Shown here piece by piece: positions 32,539-43,615 of a stretch of 64,000 bases of DNA; within the stretch, counting starts at the first letter, position 1, and each line of letters begins with the position of its first letter. The DNA lies in NCBI GenBank assembly GCA_020184695.1, contig JAANOX010000146.1, positions 216,548 through 280,547 on the forward strand, given 5' to 3'. Under the pieces are notes generated by a model. That model was not told the origin of the DNA and made no database searches. It saw only the letters and a program-made list of their open reading frames with translations. The stretch comes from Histomonas meleagridis 2922-C6/04-290x (lineage: Eukaryota; Protista; Parabasalia). The translations under genes and the position numbers were made by a program.

Positions 32539-35500
32539 TTAATTTATTCCCTTTTCTCTCAACTTCTTCTTAGCCGCAACAACGTTCTGACGCATTTCGA
32601 CCAGCTGCTTGTTCAGCTCCGCAATTTCCGCCCTCAGCTGCATAAACATTTCCTCCTTCTCGTCTTTGATCGTGTTGTACTTCTCCGCAATGACTCGCAG
32701 CTCTTTGGCTTCCTCCTCAATATCAGCAACACGCTGCGATGCCGCTTCCGACGAACGCGTCAACTCCTCGAGCTGCTTGTTATGCTCTTCGGCTTCTGCA
32801 GCTTTTGCATTCGTCAGCTCCTCAATCTGCTTGTTGAGCTCGTCTATTTCCGATTGTTTGGTATTTGTCAGTTCTTCCATTTGCTTGCTATGCTCTTCGG
32901 CCTCTGCAGCTTTGGCACTTGTTAACTCTTCAATTTGCTTATTATGCTCTTCGGCCTCTGCAGCCTTCGCACTCTTCAGCTCCTCAATTTGCTTGTTAAG
33001 CTCGTCTATTTCCGATTGTTTGGTATTTGTCAGTTCTTCCATTTGCTTGCTATGCTCTTCGGCCTCTGCAGCTTTGGCACTTGTTAACTCTTCAATTTGC
33101 TTATTATGTTCTTCGGCTTCTGCAGCTTTTGCATTCGTGAGCTCCTCAATTTGCTTGTTGAGCTCGTCTATTTCCGATTGTTTGGTATTTGTCAGTTCTT
33201 CCATTTGCTTGCTATGCTCTTCGGCCTCTGCAGCTTTGGCACTTGTTAACTCTTCAATTTGCTTATTATGCTCTTCGGCCTCTGCAGCCTTCGCACTCTT
33301 CAGCTCCTCAATTTGCTTGTTAAGCTCGTCTATTTCCGATTGTTTGGTATTTGTCAGTTCTTCCATTTGCTTGCTATGCTCTTCGGCCTCTGCAGCTTTG
33401 GCACTTGTTAACTCTTCAATTTGCTTATTATGTTCTTCGGCTTCTGCAGCTTTTGCATTCGTGAGCTCCTCAATTTGCTTGTTGAGCTCGTCTATTTCCG
33501 ATTGTTTGGTATTTGTCAGTTCTTCTATTTGTTTATTATGTTCTTCGGCCTCTGCAGCCTTGGTATTTGTCAGTTCTTCTATTTGTTTATTATGCTCTTC
33601 GGCCTCTGCAGCCTTCGCATTCGTCAACTCCTCGATTTGCTTGTTGAGTTCGTCTATTTCTGTTTGTTTGGTATTTGTTAGTTCTTCCATTTGCTTATTA
33701 TGTTCTTCGGCCTCTGCAGCCTTCGCATTCGTTAACTCTTCGATCTGCTGCTTATGTTTCTCTGCTTCTTCAGCGTTGGCATTGGTCAGTTCCTCAATTT
33801 GCTTATTGAGACTTTCAATTTCAGACTGCTTTGTGCTGTTCAGTTCTTCAATCTGTTTGTTATATCTCTCAGCTTCTGCATCTTTAGCATTTGTTATTTC
33901 TTCAATTTGTCTGTTGAGAGCGCCAACTTCTGCCGCTTTAGCATTTGTTATTTCTTCAATCTGCTTGCTATATTTCTCAGCTTCTGATATTTTTTCATTG
34001 GTTATTTCTTCTATTTGCTTGTTGAGGTTCTCTATTTCCGCTTGTTTTGTATTTGTTAGTTCCTCAATCTGCTTCTTATGCTCTTCGGCTTCTTCCAATT
34101 TCGCATTCGTTAATTCTTCGATTTGCTTCTTATGTTCATCAGCTTCTGACGCTTTGGCATTTGTTATTTCTTCAATCTGTTTGCTGAGGTTATCTATTTC
34201 TGTTTGCTTTGCATTTGTTAATTCTTCGATTTGTTTCTTTAGCTCGTCAATTTCCATTTGTTTACTATTTGTAAGCTCTTCGATATTCAGAGCGAATTTC
34301 TCTGCTTCATCTGCTTTGATTTTACTTAATTCTTCGATTTGCTTGTTGAGTTCTTCCGCTTCTGTTATTTTAGCATTAGTAATTTCATTGATTTTCATTT
34401 GCAATTGTTCTATTTCTGCTTGTTTACTATTTGTAAGATCTTCAATTTGTTTCTTATATTCATCTTCCGCTACATTTTTACTCTTCGTGAGTTCTTCATA
34501 GTTATTCTTCAAAACATCAATTTCAGCTTGCTTGGCAATTGCTAACTCTTCAATTTGACTTTGCAATCGATTTACTTCTTCTGCTTTTGCATTATTCAAT
34601 TCTTCAATTTGTTTATTGAATTCTTCTGCTTCAGCTGCTTTCGCATTCGTAATTTCATTGATTTTCATTTGATATTGTTCTATTTCTGCTTGTTTACTAT
34701 TTGTAAGCTCTTCGATATTCAGAGCGAATTTCTCTGCTTCATCTGCTTTCATTTTATTCAATTCTTCGATTTGCTTGCTGAGTTCTTCCGCTTCAGCTGT
34801 TTTTGCATTATTCAATTCTTCAATTTGATTTTGCAATTGTTCTGTTTCATTTGCTTTTGCATTATTCAATTCTTCAATTTGATTTTGTAATTGTTCTATT
34901 TCTGCTTGTTTACTATTTGTAAGTTCTTCAATTTGCTTTTGCAATGTTTCTGTTTCATTTGCTTTAGTATTTCTTAATTCATCAATTTGCTTATTAAGTT
35001 CTTCCGCTTCAGTTATTTTTACATTTGTTATTTCATTGATTTTAATTTGCAGTTCTTCAATTTGCTTCTTGTGTGCTTCGGATTCAGATTCTTTTGCAAT
35101 ATTTAATTCTTCAATTTGTTTATTCAGTTCTTCAATCTTCGAATTATTTACAGATGTAATTTCTTCAATTTGCCTTTGTAATGCTTCGATTTCCATTTGT
35201 TTGCTACTTTCAAGTTCCTCAATTTGTTTATTAAGTTCTTCAACTTTTGTATAACTTGCAGCCGTAATTTCCTCAATTTGCTTTTGCAGTCCTTCGGCTT
35301 CCATTTGCTTATTGCTTGTAAGTTCTGCAATTTTTCTTTGCAATTCTTCAGTTTCTATTACTTTATTGTTGTTCATTTCTTCTATCTGTTTTTGTAATGT
35401 TTCAATTTCTGCTGCTTTGGAAACATTTATTTCTTCGATTTGCTTTTGTAATGCTTCGATTTCTATCTGTTTATTATTTGTAATTTCCTCAATTTGCTTT

Positions 35501-38500
35501 TGAAGTGTTTCGTTCTCTGTTGTTTTGGATATGTTAATCTCTTCTATCTGCTTTTGTAATGTTTCGATTTCTGCCGCTTTTGCACTATTTAATTCTTCAA
35601 TTTGCTTTTGTAGTTCTTCAGTTTCCATTTGTTTATTGTTTGTAATTTCTTCAATTTGCTTTTGTAATTCTTCAGTTTCCATTGTCTTTGCGTTGTTTAA
35701 CTCTTCGATTTCTTTCTGTTTATTATTTGTAATTTCTTCGATTTGTTTTCGGAGTTCATTTATTTCATTTTGCTTTTCATCAGTTATTTCTTCGATTTTG
35801 TTTTGAAGAGTTTCAATTTCGGCGTTTTTAGCGTTTGTAATTTCTCCGATTTGTTGCATTAATCCGCCTGTTTCATTTTCTTTGTTATTTGTTAATTCTT
35901 CAATCAATTTCGACATTCTTTGTACTTCAGTTTCCTTCGATAACTTCAATTCTCCTATTGTGTTATGCAATTTCTCAATTTCTATTTGATTCGAATCAAT
36001 TTGTCCTTCTAATGTTTGTTTGGATGCATTTAATTCATTAATTCGTTTTTGTAATTCATTAATTTCATTTTCTTTTGATAATTTTAATTCATTAATTTGA
36101 TTTTGTAATTCGGAATTTTCTGCAATTTGTTTATTTGTTATTTCTTCGATTTGTTTTTGTAATATTTCTATTTCATTTTGCTTTGAATTATTTAAATCTT
36201 CAATTTGTTTATGTAATTCATTAACTTCATTTTCTTTTGTTAATTTTATTTCATTAATTTGATTTTGAAGTTCTTCTGTTTCCATTTGTTTCGAGTTTTC
36301 TAATTCTTTGATTCGATTTTGTAATGTTTCAATTTCGGACAGTTTCGAATTTGTTAATTCTTCGATTTCGTTTTGTTTTGCATTTGTTAACTCTTCAATT
36401 TGTTTACGTAATTCATTAATTTCATTTTCTTTCGTTGTTCTTATTTCATTAATTTGATTTTGCAATTCACCGCTTTCCGCTGTTTGATTATTCATTAGCT
36501 CTTCAATTCGCTTTTGTAGTGATTCAGTCTCGTTTTGTTTTGAAATTGTTAATTCTTCAATTTGCTTATGTAATTCATTTATTTCATTTTGGTGTTCTGA
36601 ATTTTCTGTTTGTTTTATGTTTTCCAATTCTTCAATTCGCTTTTGCATTTCATTAACTTCATTTTCTTTTGATGATTTCAATTCATTAATTTGATTTTGA
36701 AGTTCACTTATTTCTGTTTGTTTAATACTTTCCAATTCTTCAATTCTCTTTTGTAATGATTCTGTTTCTTCTTTTCTCGAATTAGTTAACTCTTCAATTT
36801 GCTTACGTAATTCATTAATTTCATTTTCTTTCGTTGTTTTCATTTCATTAATTTGATTTTGTAATTCGCCGCTTTCTGCTGTTTGATTATTCATTAGCTC
36901 TTCAATTCGCTTTTGTAGTGATTCAGTCTCGTTTTGTTTTGAAATTGTTAATTCTTCAATCTGCTTATGTAATTCATTTATTTCATTTTCTTTCGATAAT
37001 TTTAATTCATTAATTTGATTTTGCAATTCACTTATTTCTTTTTGTTTAATATTTTCCAATTCTTCAATTCGCTTTTGTAATGATTCTGTTTCTTCTTTTC
37101 TCGCATTAGTTATTTCCTCAATTTGCTTATTTAATTCATTAATTTCATTTTCTTTTTCCTTCTTTAATTCATTAATTTGATTTTGGAGTTCGCCGCTTTC
37201 TGCTGTTTGATTATTTTCTAATTCTTCAATTCTCTTTTGCATTACATTTATTTCGTTTTGTTTTTCTTTATTCAAATCTTCAATTTGCTTTTGCAATATT
37301 TCTATTTCGTTTTGCTTTGCATTAGTTAACTCTTCAATTTGTTTATTTAAATTATTAATTTCATTTTCTTTTTCTAATTTTAATTCATTTAATTGTTTCT
37401 TTAGTTCGCCACTTTCTGTTTTATTATTTTCCAATTCTTCAATTCTTTTATGTAAAATTTCTATTTCATTTTGTTTTTCACTCGTTAAATTTTCAATTTG
37501 TTTTTGTAATTCATTTGTTTCTATTTGTTTTACATTATTTAATTCATTAATTTTTCTTTGTAACTCATTAATTTCATTTTCATTTTCTTTTTTGATATTA
37601 TTAATTTGAACATTTAATTTATCATTTTCTTCTTTTCTTTCATCAGTTAATTCTTTAATTTTTCGTTGCAAATTTTCTATTTCGTTTTGTTTTGTATAAG
37701 CCATTTCTTCGATATGTCTTTGTAACTCATTAATTTCGAATTCTTTCGATTTCTTAATTTCTTCAATTTGCATTTTCAGTTTTGCAATTTCATTTTCTTT
37801 TTCTTTCCTTATTGCATTAATTTGATTTTGTGCATCGCCGATTTTACCTTTACTATTTGCTAATTCATGAAGTCGTTTTTGGAGTTCAATAATCTCTTGT
37901 TGTTTGCCCATTATCATTTCTTCTTCATTCCGTTGTAGTTCGATCATAACTTGATCATGTTCCGCTTCAATGTTTTCGATTTTCTTTTTAAGTGCTTCAA
38001 TTTCTTTGTTTTTATTCATTTCGATTTCTTTAATTTGTTTTGTTAATTCGGAAATTTTGGCTTCGTTTTGTTTATTGTTTTCATTTTGTTGCCCTTTGAT
38101 ACCTTTAATTAAATTATCTTTGCCTTCTATTGATTGTAATTTAGAACGAAGTTCATTTATAATTTTGGTATCTTCTTCGACCTTTTCTTGGAGTTGAGTT
38201 AATTCTTCTTTGATAATTGGATTTTGCATCTGGCAGATCTCGTATTGAGCAAGTTGCTCATCTGGAATAATTCGCTTCTTTAATTCTTCGATTTCTGACT
38301 TAAGAATTTCTTCTTGACTACTTCCACTTGTTTTCTGTGATTTGAGGATTTCTAGTTCTTTAGCTAAAGATTGTTCTCTTTGACGCGCTTGTAAAAGTTC
38401 TTCATTCAATTGTTCTCGTTCAGTATTAAAAAGATTTTTTTGTGTACGAAGAATTTCAAATTCATTGTGTTCTTCTTCTGTAAGCGCCCTTTCTTTGTAG

Positions 38501-38694
38501 TATTGTAATTGATCTTGTAATTGTTTGATTTGTTGTTGTACATTTGCTGGTGGCGGTTGTTGATGTATTGGTTGTGGTTGCTGAGGTACTTGTTGTGATG
38601 GATATTGTGGCTGCTGTTGCGGTTGTTGTGGTGGATGTTGTTGAGCCTGTTCATCTCTTCTTGAAAAGAGTTTTAGACCAGAAAATAGGCTCAT
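32539..38694 (-). CDS. Very long coiled-coil repeat protein (A-type-inclusion-like family), 2051 aa
   Basis: Q/P-rich N-terminus followed by hundreds of ELxKQIEELTNxK heptad units. Confidence 0.9.
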   Translation of the reverse strand: MSLFSGLKLFSRRDEQAQQHPPQQPQQQPQYPSQQVPQQPQPIHQQPPPANVQQQIKQLQDQLQYYKERALTEEEHNEFEILRTQKNLFNTEREQLNEELLQARQREQSLAKELEILKSQKTSGSSQEEILKSEIEELKKRIIPDEQLAQYEICQMQNPIIKEELTQLQEKVEEDTKIINELRSKLQSIEGKDNLIKGIKGQQNENNKQNEAKISELTKQIKEIEMNKNKEIEALKKKIENIEAEHDQVMIELQRNEEEMIMGKQQEIIELQKRLHELANSKGKIGDAQNQINAIRKEKENEIAKLKMQIEEIKKSKEFEINELQRHIEEMAYTKQNEIENLQRKIKELTDERKEENDKLNVQINNIKKENENEINELQRKINELNNVKQIETNELQKQIENLTSEKQNEIEILHKRIEELENNKTESGELKKQLNELKLEKENEINNLNKQIEELTNAKQNEIEILQKQIEDLNKEKQNEINVMQKRIEELENNQTAESGELQNQINELKKEKENEINELNKQIEEITNARKEETESLQKRIEELENIKQKEISELQNQINELKLSKENEINELHKQIEELTISKQNETESLQKRIEELMNNQTAESGELQNQINEMKTTKENEINELRKQIEELTNSRKEETESLQKRIEELESIKQTEISELQNQINELKSSKENEVNEMQKRIEELENIKQTENSEHQNEINELHKQIEELTISKQNETESLQKRIEELMNNQTAESGELQNQINEIRTTKENEINELRKQIEELTNAKQNEIEELTNSKLSEIETLQNRIKELENSKQMETEELQNQINEIKLTKENEVNELHKQIEDLNNSKQNEIEILQKQIEEITNKQIAENSELQNQINELKLSKENEINELQKRINELNASKQTLEGQIDSNQIEIEKLHNTIGELKLSKETEVQRMSKLIEELTNNKENETGGLMQQIGEITNAKNAEIETLQNKIEEITDEKQNEINELRKQIEEITNNKQKEIEELNNAKTMETEELQKQIEEITNNKQMETEELQKQIEELNSAKAAEIETLQKQIEEINISKTTENETLQKQIEEITNNKQIEIEALQKQIEEINVSKAAEIETLQKQIEEMNNNKVIETEELQRKIAELTSNKQMEAEGLQKQIEEITAASYTKVEELNKQIEELESSKQMEIEALQRQIEEITSVNNSKIEELNKQIEELNIAKESESEAHKKQIEELQIKINEITNVKITEAEELNKQIDELRNTKANETETLQKQIEELTNSKQAEIEQLQNQIEELNNAKANETEQLQNQIEELNNAKTAEAEELSKQIEELNKMKADEAEKFALNIEELTNSKQAEIEQYQMKINEITNAKAAEAEEFNKQIEELNNAKAEEVNRLQSQIEELAIAKQAEIDVLKNNYEELTKSKNVAEDEYKKQIEDLTNSKQAEIEQLQMKINEITNAKITEAEELNKQIEELSKIKADEAEKFALNIEELTNSKQMEIDELKKQIEELTNAKQTEIDNLSKQIEEITNAKASEADEHKKQIEELTNAKLEEAEEHKKQIEELTNTKQAEIENLNKQIEEITNEKISEAEKYSKQIEEITNAKAAEVGALNRQIEEITNAKDAEAERYNKQIEELNSTKQSEIESLNKQIEELTNANAEEAEKHKQQIEELTNAKAAEAEEHNKQMEELTNTKQTEIDELNKQIEELTNAKAAEAEEHNKQIEELTNTKAAEAEEHNKQIEELTNTKQSEIDELNKQIEELTNAKAAEAEEHNKQIEELTSAKAAEAEEHSKQMEELTNTKQSEIDELNKQIEELKSAKAAEAEEHNKQIEELTSAKAAEAEEHSKQMEELTNTKQSEIDELNKQIEELTNAKAAEAEEHNKQIEELTSAKAAEAEEHSKQMEELTNTKQSEIDELNKQIEELKSAKAAEAEEHNKQIEELTSAKAAEAEEHSKQMEELTNTKQSEIDELNKQIEELTNAKAAEAEEHNKQLEELTRSSEAASQRVADIEEEAKELRVIAEKYNTIKDEKEEMFMQLRAEIAELNKQLVEMRQNVVAAKKKLREKGIN
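32800..33660 (-). repeat. Coding tandem array with 54-nt sub-units, 162-nt units and a 324-nt higher-order period
   Basis: tccgattgtttggtatttgtcag recurs every ~162 nt (about 32850, 33011, 33173, 33335, 33497), and TNAK and KSAK variants alternate. Confidence 0.85.
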
Positions 38695-38780
38695 CCAATT
38701 AAAATGTCACAACAACTTTTTTCTTTAAAAATTTATTGACATATTATTTTTTATTCAAATATATAAAAAGCCGTTTATTT

Positions 38781-39638
38781 TCACTTCAACAATTCTTTTA
38801 TAACTTCATCTAAATCCTTATGGATCACAAGAGCATGCCTTTCGATAGGGTAATAGAATTTGCTTTCACAATCTAAGTTAATTCTTACCAATCTCCAATT
38901 CTTATTTTTGACAATGAATTCTTCAAAAGGAATCTTTAATGCACCAGGAGAGTTAAACCCAACTCCAAGCTCCAAAAGAACAATTTTTTTGTCCGCGTTT
39001 TCATTCAAAAATTTTTCATAATTTGGATATGTGATTAAATTTGGTCCTTCAACAAATAAATCATCTTTCCTTAAATGAGGAACCAACATTTTTCCACAGT
39101 GGGGGCACTTTGGGATATCACTTTCTTGTATTGCCAATGTTTCATGATTCATATTTTTCAACATATTTTGAACCATTTCATAGTTGTTGAAAACTTCTTG
39201 TGTACAAGGAACTGGGCATTGAAATTCACTGTAGTCTCCTTGCATTGCAAATAATTTTTTTGTATCAAATCCTGATTTAAGAAATTGTCCATCAACGTTT
39301 GTCGTTGCAACAAAATAGTTTTTATCTTTTACCAGCTTGAGTAAGTTTTGGTATATTTGTAAAGATTTTGTTTGATATCTCTCATTATTTATGTGAGTTG
39401 CCCAGAATGCATAATACTGAAGATAGTTTTCTTCTGTACATTCCCAAAAATTTCCAACACATTCCCATAGTGTCTTAAATCCAAGTTTATAATACTCTGG
39501 ATAATGTTTTTTGAAGTATTTTGGATCAACGAAATTTAGTCCTCCTGCTGCTGAAAGTCCAGCTCCAGCACCAATTAGAATTCCTTGACATTTCTTAAGA
39601 ATGTTTCTTACATGTTGGATTGATTTACTGCTTGACAT
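38781..39638 (-). CDS. Class M-like sirtuin (SirTM, ADP-ribosyltransferase type)
   Basis: IGAGAGLSAAGG, TTNVDGQF, QGDY (Gln where deacetylases have the catalytic His), Zn-binding CPVPC...CPHC, and LELGVGFNSPG. Confidence 0.8.
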   Translation of the reverse strand: MSSSKSIQHVRNILKKCQGILIGAGAGLSAAGGLNFVDPKYFKKHYPEYYKLGFKTLWECVGNFWECTEENYLQYYAFWATHINNERYQTKSLQIYQNLLKLVKDKNYFVATTNVDGQFLKSGFDTKKLFAMQGDYSEFQCPVPCTQEVFNNYEMVQNMLKNMNHETLAIQESDIPKCPHCGKMLVPHLRKDDLFVEGPNLITYPNYEKFLNENADKKIVLLELGVGFNSPGALKIPFEEFIVKNKNWRLVRINLDCESKFYYPIERHALVIHKDLDEVIKELLK

Positions 39639-39896
39639 TAAAATGAAGAAAATTCATTTTCATTTCCCTCCAAAAAAATTAACCATTCAAAATTGTTGTT
39701 CGGCCAATCTTTTTCAATGTTTTATTTATTCAAAAAGTGAATTGAGCAAGGAAATCAACAAGGAATCATCAGCGCATGCAGTAACATTTAACTCTTTTTA
39801 AAATGTTATAAAAAGAAAATTAATTTTCTCATATTTATCAAAATAAAAAAAAAAAAAAAAAGTATTTTGCATAATTTTCCATACAATTTGTATAAT

Positions 39897-40628
39897 TTAA
39901 TTGGCATTTTGCTGTGCAAGAAACATTGCACGCATTTCAAACACTGATAGGCCGTTTTCTGGAGTAAAATATAATTCTTCATTTTTTGCTCTTTCTTTGG
40001 TTCTCCTTTTTCTCTCCCTTTCTGCATTATGTATTGCCTCATTAATAATTTTCTGTGCCTTCTGCATTGCAATTTCGTATCTTCGTTGTGCTTTAGCAAC
40101 ATCTGTAGCAACGCTTGATCTTTCTCCCTTTTGTAAAAGACTATCTGATGTAACAACACCGTGAGCTGTAACAACTGCTGTCAAGCTTGGATTTACATGA
40201 ACATTAGCTCGTTGGAATTGATTAAATTGATTAAATGTAATATTAGAAGCTGTAGCTTGATTATTTAAAGCAGCAAATCTTGTAGCATCCCCTGCGTAAA
40301 AGGCAGCATCAAGGTTGACATCTTTTGTTCTTTCTTTGAATTCTGGATCTACAGATGAACGCCATGCCAAATAAACACTTTCTGGAATACCTTTCATACC
40401 AAAAACAGAATTATCAGGAGACTCTCTGTCTGGAAGTGCATTGGGAACAGCTTTTAATATTTCTTTGTGAACTGTTGACATATGTGTTGCTAATGCAGAG
40501 GAATTTATCTTAACTCTTTTACACACAGGACATCTGAAGTGAACCATCTTTTGGTGTGCTATAAGCTGGTTTTCATCTACAAAACTTTTATTACAGAAAT
40601 AGCACCAAATGGTGTTTTTGGTTGACAT
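39897..40628 (-). CDS. ZNF207: ZNF207/BuGZ-like double C2H2 zinc-finger protein
   Basis: WCYFCNKSFVDENQLIAHQKMVHFRCPVC...H...VHKE.LKAVPNALP.R...VFGMKGIPE. Confidence 0.9.
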   Translation of the reverse strand: MSTKNTIWCYFCNKSFVDENQLIAHQKMVHFRCPVCKRVKINSSALATHMSTVHKEILKAVPNALPDRESPDNSVFGMKGIPESVYLAWRSSVDPEFKERTKDVNLDAAFYAGDATRFAALNNQATASNITFNQFNQFQRANVHVNPSLTAVVTAHGVVTSDSLLQKGERSSVATDVAKAQRRYEIAMQKAQKIINEAIHNAERERKRRTKERAKNEELYFTPENGLSVFEMRAMFLAQQNAN

Positions 40629-41063
40629 TGTAGAAACCGTTTACATTATATCCACGAACATTGCCCTTAATCCTTTATATAAGGTTACTAGATATTTTAA
40701 ACATGATTTTTAATATTAATTTCTTAATAGGATTTTCTTACCAAATTATAGAAAGAATAAAATTCAAATTTGTGATTATTTCGAAATAGTTGACCTTTCC
40801 GATTGCGTTTCATAAATTATCATACAAACAGGAAGTGGTTTATGATTTTACTATTAAACGGTACAAACGATTTATATCGCGACTCATTTCAAGAAGATCT
40901 TCAACTTCATAGAGTTACAGCGTTCAAAAATTCGAACTTTCGATACACATTGTTTATTCACAATTTTCAATTATGGAACATGTTTTTGTGGGACAATGCA
41001 TTGAATTGATCATTGAATGATTCAGCGATTGAATAATTGTATGAATTCGGTTACGACTGACTA

Positions 41064-43310
41064 ATGTTTGTTCGTTACAGCCAAAAACCCATATCTCTAA
41101 TGCTAAAATTATCAAGCCCACTTGTATTTTTTATCATCAATTTAAGCACATTTCTAAGACAGCTGATATCATTAACATATACCATTTTGACATTTTTCAA
41201 GCATTTATCAAAATTATTTCTTATCAAATTCAGTTTTTATAAGAAAAAGAAAAGCAACCATTTATTTTCTCATAGAAATGAATATCCTAATTACAGCTTT
41301 TTAAGAATCGAAAATATCAAATATTTTGTACCTATTGCTTTTGTTTTATTTTTTGCGCATTCGCTTCAAGAATTCGATGAAAATACAAAAACACTTACCA
41401 TTAGCAATGAAGATGACTTTAATTCACCATATAAAAATATATCTTATTACATAATTATTGAAAATCAAATAACCCAAATACCAGATGAAGCATTTGCCGG
41501 ATGTAACTTAATTAAGAGTATTAACATTGGAAATTCCGTTAAGACGATTGGTTCAAGAGCATTTTATTGGTGCTCAAATCTATCGGAGATCAATCTCGGG
41601 GCAAATATAGAAACAATTGGAGGACATGCATTTTATAGATGCACTTCTATAACTAACATGATAATCCCTGATGACGTCGCAATAATTGATGAGTATACAT
41701 TTTCTTATTGTACACATCTAATAACATGTGCTATCGGCAAAAATGTTCAAACAATTTCATCAAATGCATTTGAAGAATGTTCGATAACAAGCATTGTAAT
41801 TCCTGATTCAGTTGAAACAATTGAGAGCAATGCATTCAAGCGATGTACTAAGTTGCAAACAGTTACATTCGGAAACCGAGTAAAATCATTTGGAAGTTCT
41901 ATATTTGATTCATGTTATGTGCTTGTAAGTGTTATAATTCCAAAATTAGTTACGATAATTGAAACTTCTGATTTTTACTCTTGTAGTAAATTAGAAGAAG
42001 TTCAAATCGATGGAAATATTAAACAAATCAATCGAAATGCATTTTTTGAGTGTGACTCCTTAAAAACCATCGAAATTCCAGATTCTACACAATTGATTGG
42101 CAATTATGCATTTCAGAATTGTGATGTTTTACATACAGTTATAATTGGAGAAAGTGTAAATGAAATTGGAAATGGCGCATTTATGTATTGCGGATATCTT
42201 AAATGCATATATTTTAATGGTACAAAGCAACCAGCTACAATCGGATCGAATGCCTTTTTATCAATAGATACATCTCCATATATAATCGTGACAAATAAAT
42301 ATACAGAGAAAACCTTTGTCGGATATCAAGTTATTACTGATGCACCAAGTGAATGCATACCACCAACAAACACATTTTCACAGTCGAATACATTTGCTAA
42401 ATCAAATACATTTACACAAAGTAATACATTTACTCAAAGTAATACATTTACACAAAGTAATACATTTACTCAAAGTAATACATTTACTCAAAGTAATACA
42501 TTTACACAAAGTAATACATTTACTCAAAGTAATACATTTACTCAAAGTAATACATTTACTCAAAGTAATACATTTACACAAAGTAATACATTTACACAAA
42601 GTAATACATTTACACAAAGTAATACATTTACTCAAAGTAATACATTTACTCAAAGTAATACATTTACTCAAAGTAATACATTTACTCAAAGTAATACATA
42701 TACTGAGTCAGACACATTAACATTAAATTCATATCCTCAATCAAGTACGCATTTTGAATCAATTGTAACATCAGAATCAAATACGAATGCAAATACAAAT
42801 TCAATTTCAAATTCATATGTTACAATAACACATTCATTCACATTAATGTATTCATTTTCAATAACTGAAACACAAGTTCCGGAGAAATCAATTTTATCAA
42901 GTTATATATATTCCATATTTAATTCAACTTACACTAATGTTATCACAAACATTATATATTACGAATATTCTGTTATTAAGTATACAACACTTATTGGATA
43001 TTATTCCGATTTCTTCACGATATTTTATGAGGCTCCATCATCGATAAATGATAATAAACAAACAATAATGATAGTAATTATTGTATGCGCTATAGTGGCA
43101 GTAGTTATTGTTGTAGCTTTGATCATTTTATTCGTTCGTATCATGAAAAAGAAACAAAATAATGATATCGAATTAAGTGAAGGATCTTATGAAGTAAAAC
43201 AGCCCGAAAATATGAATTCGTGTTCAACAGGATTTAACACAATAGAAGTAGAAAATGATCCGTTCGCTAATGATTTCAATGAACCGGATTTCAATGTTGT
43301 ATCACTATAA
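41064..43310 (+). CDS. BspA-like (TpLRR) surface protein with Ser/Thr repeat stalk and C-terminal TM
   Basis: IxIPDSVxxIGxxAF repeats, SNTFTQ stalk, and IMIVIIVCAIVAVVIVVALIILFV TM helix. The true start codon is uncertain. Confidence 0.9.
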   Translation: MFVRYSQKPISLMLKLSSPLVFFIINLSTFLRQLISLTYTILTFFKHLSKLFLIKFSFYKKKKSNHLFSHRNEYPNYSFLRIENIKYFVPIAFVLFFAHSLQEFDENTKTLTISNEDDFNSPYKNISYYIIIENQITQIPDEAFAGCNLIKSINIGNSVKTIGSRAFYWCSNLSEINLGANIETIGGHAFYRCTSITNMIIPDDVAIIDEYTFSYCTHLITCAIGKNVQTISSNAFEECSITSIVIPDSVETIESNAFKRCTKLQTVTFGNRVKSFGSSIFDSCYVLVSVIIPKLVTIIETSDFYSCSKLEEVQIDGNIKQINRNAFFECDSLKTIEIPDSTQLIGNYAFQNCDVLHTVIIGESVNEIGNGAFMYCGYLKCIYFNGTKQPATIGSNAFLSIDTSPYIIVTNKYTEKTFVGYQVITDAPSECIPPTNTFSQSNTFAKSNTFTQSNTFTQSNTFTQSNTFTQSNTFTQSNTFTQSNTFTQSNTFTQSNTFTQSNTFTQSNTFTQSNTFTQSNTFTQSNTFTQSNTFTQSNTFTQSNTYTESDTLTLNSYPQSSTHFESIVTSESNTNANTNSISNSYVTITHSFTLMYSFSITETQVPEKSILSSYIYSIFNSTYTNVITNIIYYEYSVIKYTTLIGYYSDFFTIFYEAPSSINDNKQTIMIVIIVCAIVAVVIVVALIILFVRIMKKKQNNDIELSEGSYEVKQPENMNSCSTGFNTIEVENDPFANDFNEPDFNVVSL
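42402..42689 (+). repeat. 16 x 18-nt coding minisatellite (SNTFTQ)
   Basis: The unit agtaatacatttac(a/t)caa is repeated; 288 nt = 16 units. Confidence 0.95.
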
Positions 43311-43615
43311 ACATATCAATTACTTTGATTTTTTTCGAAGTAATTCGGACCTTAATATATAAATAAAATTGAATAATTCAATGTAAATTTATGTTTAAGT
43401 GTTTTTAAAAGTGAGAAAAATATAAGCAATGCAAATAAGTATTACCCTGTAAAATGTGTATATTTAAAATTAGAAAAGAAGATTCAACTACGACTAATCT
43501 CATTTTTTAAATGAAACATTTTTTTTGCGAAAATTATTGCATTCCAAATTTATCAGTTAAAATTTAAAATTAACAATAAAGAAATAACATTTGAAACCAT
43601 TATAACAGCAGAGGG

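Noticed and set aside
32609-34501. 630-aa antisense ORF (SSICLL repeats) and other + strand ORFs within the coiled-coil gene
   Set aside because: These are shadow frames of the repetitive minus-strand gene.
42316-42720. IHLLKV and CITLSK repeat ORFs
   Set aside because: These are alternative-frame translations of the 18-nt SNTFTQ minisatellite.
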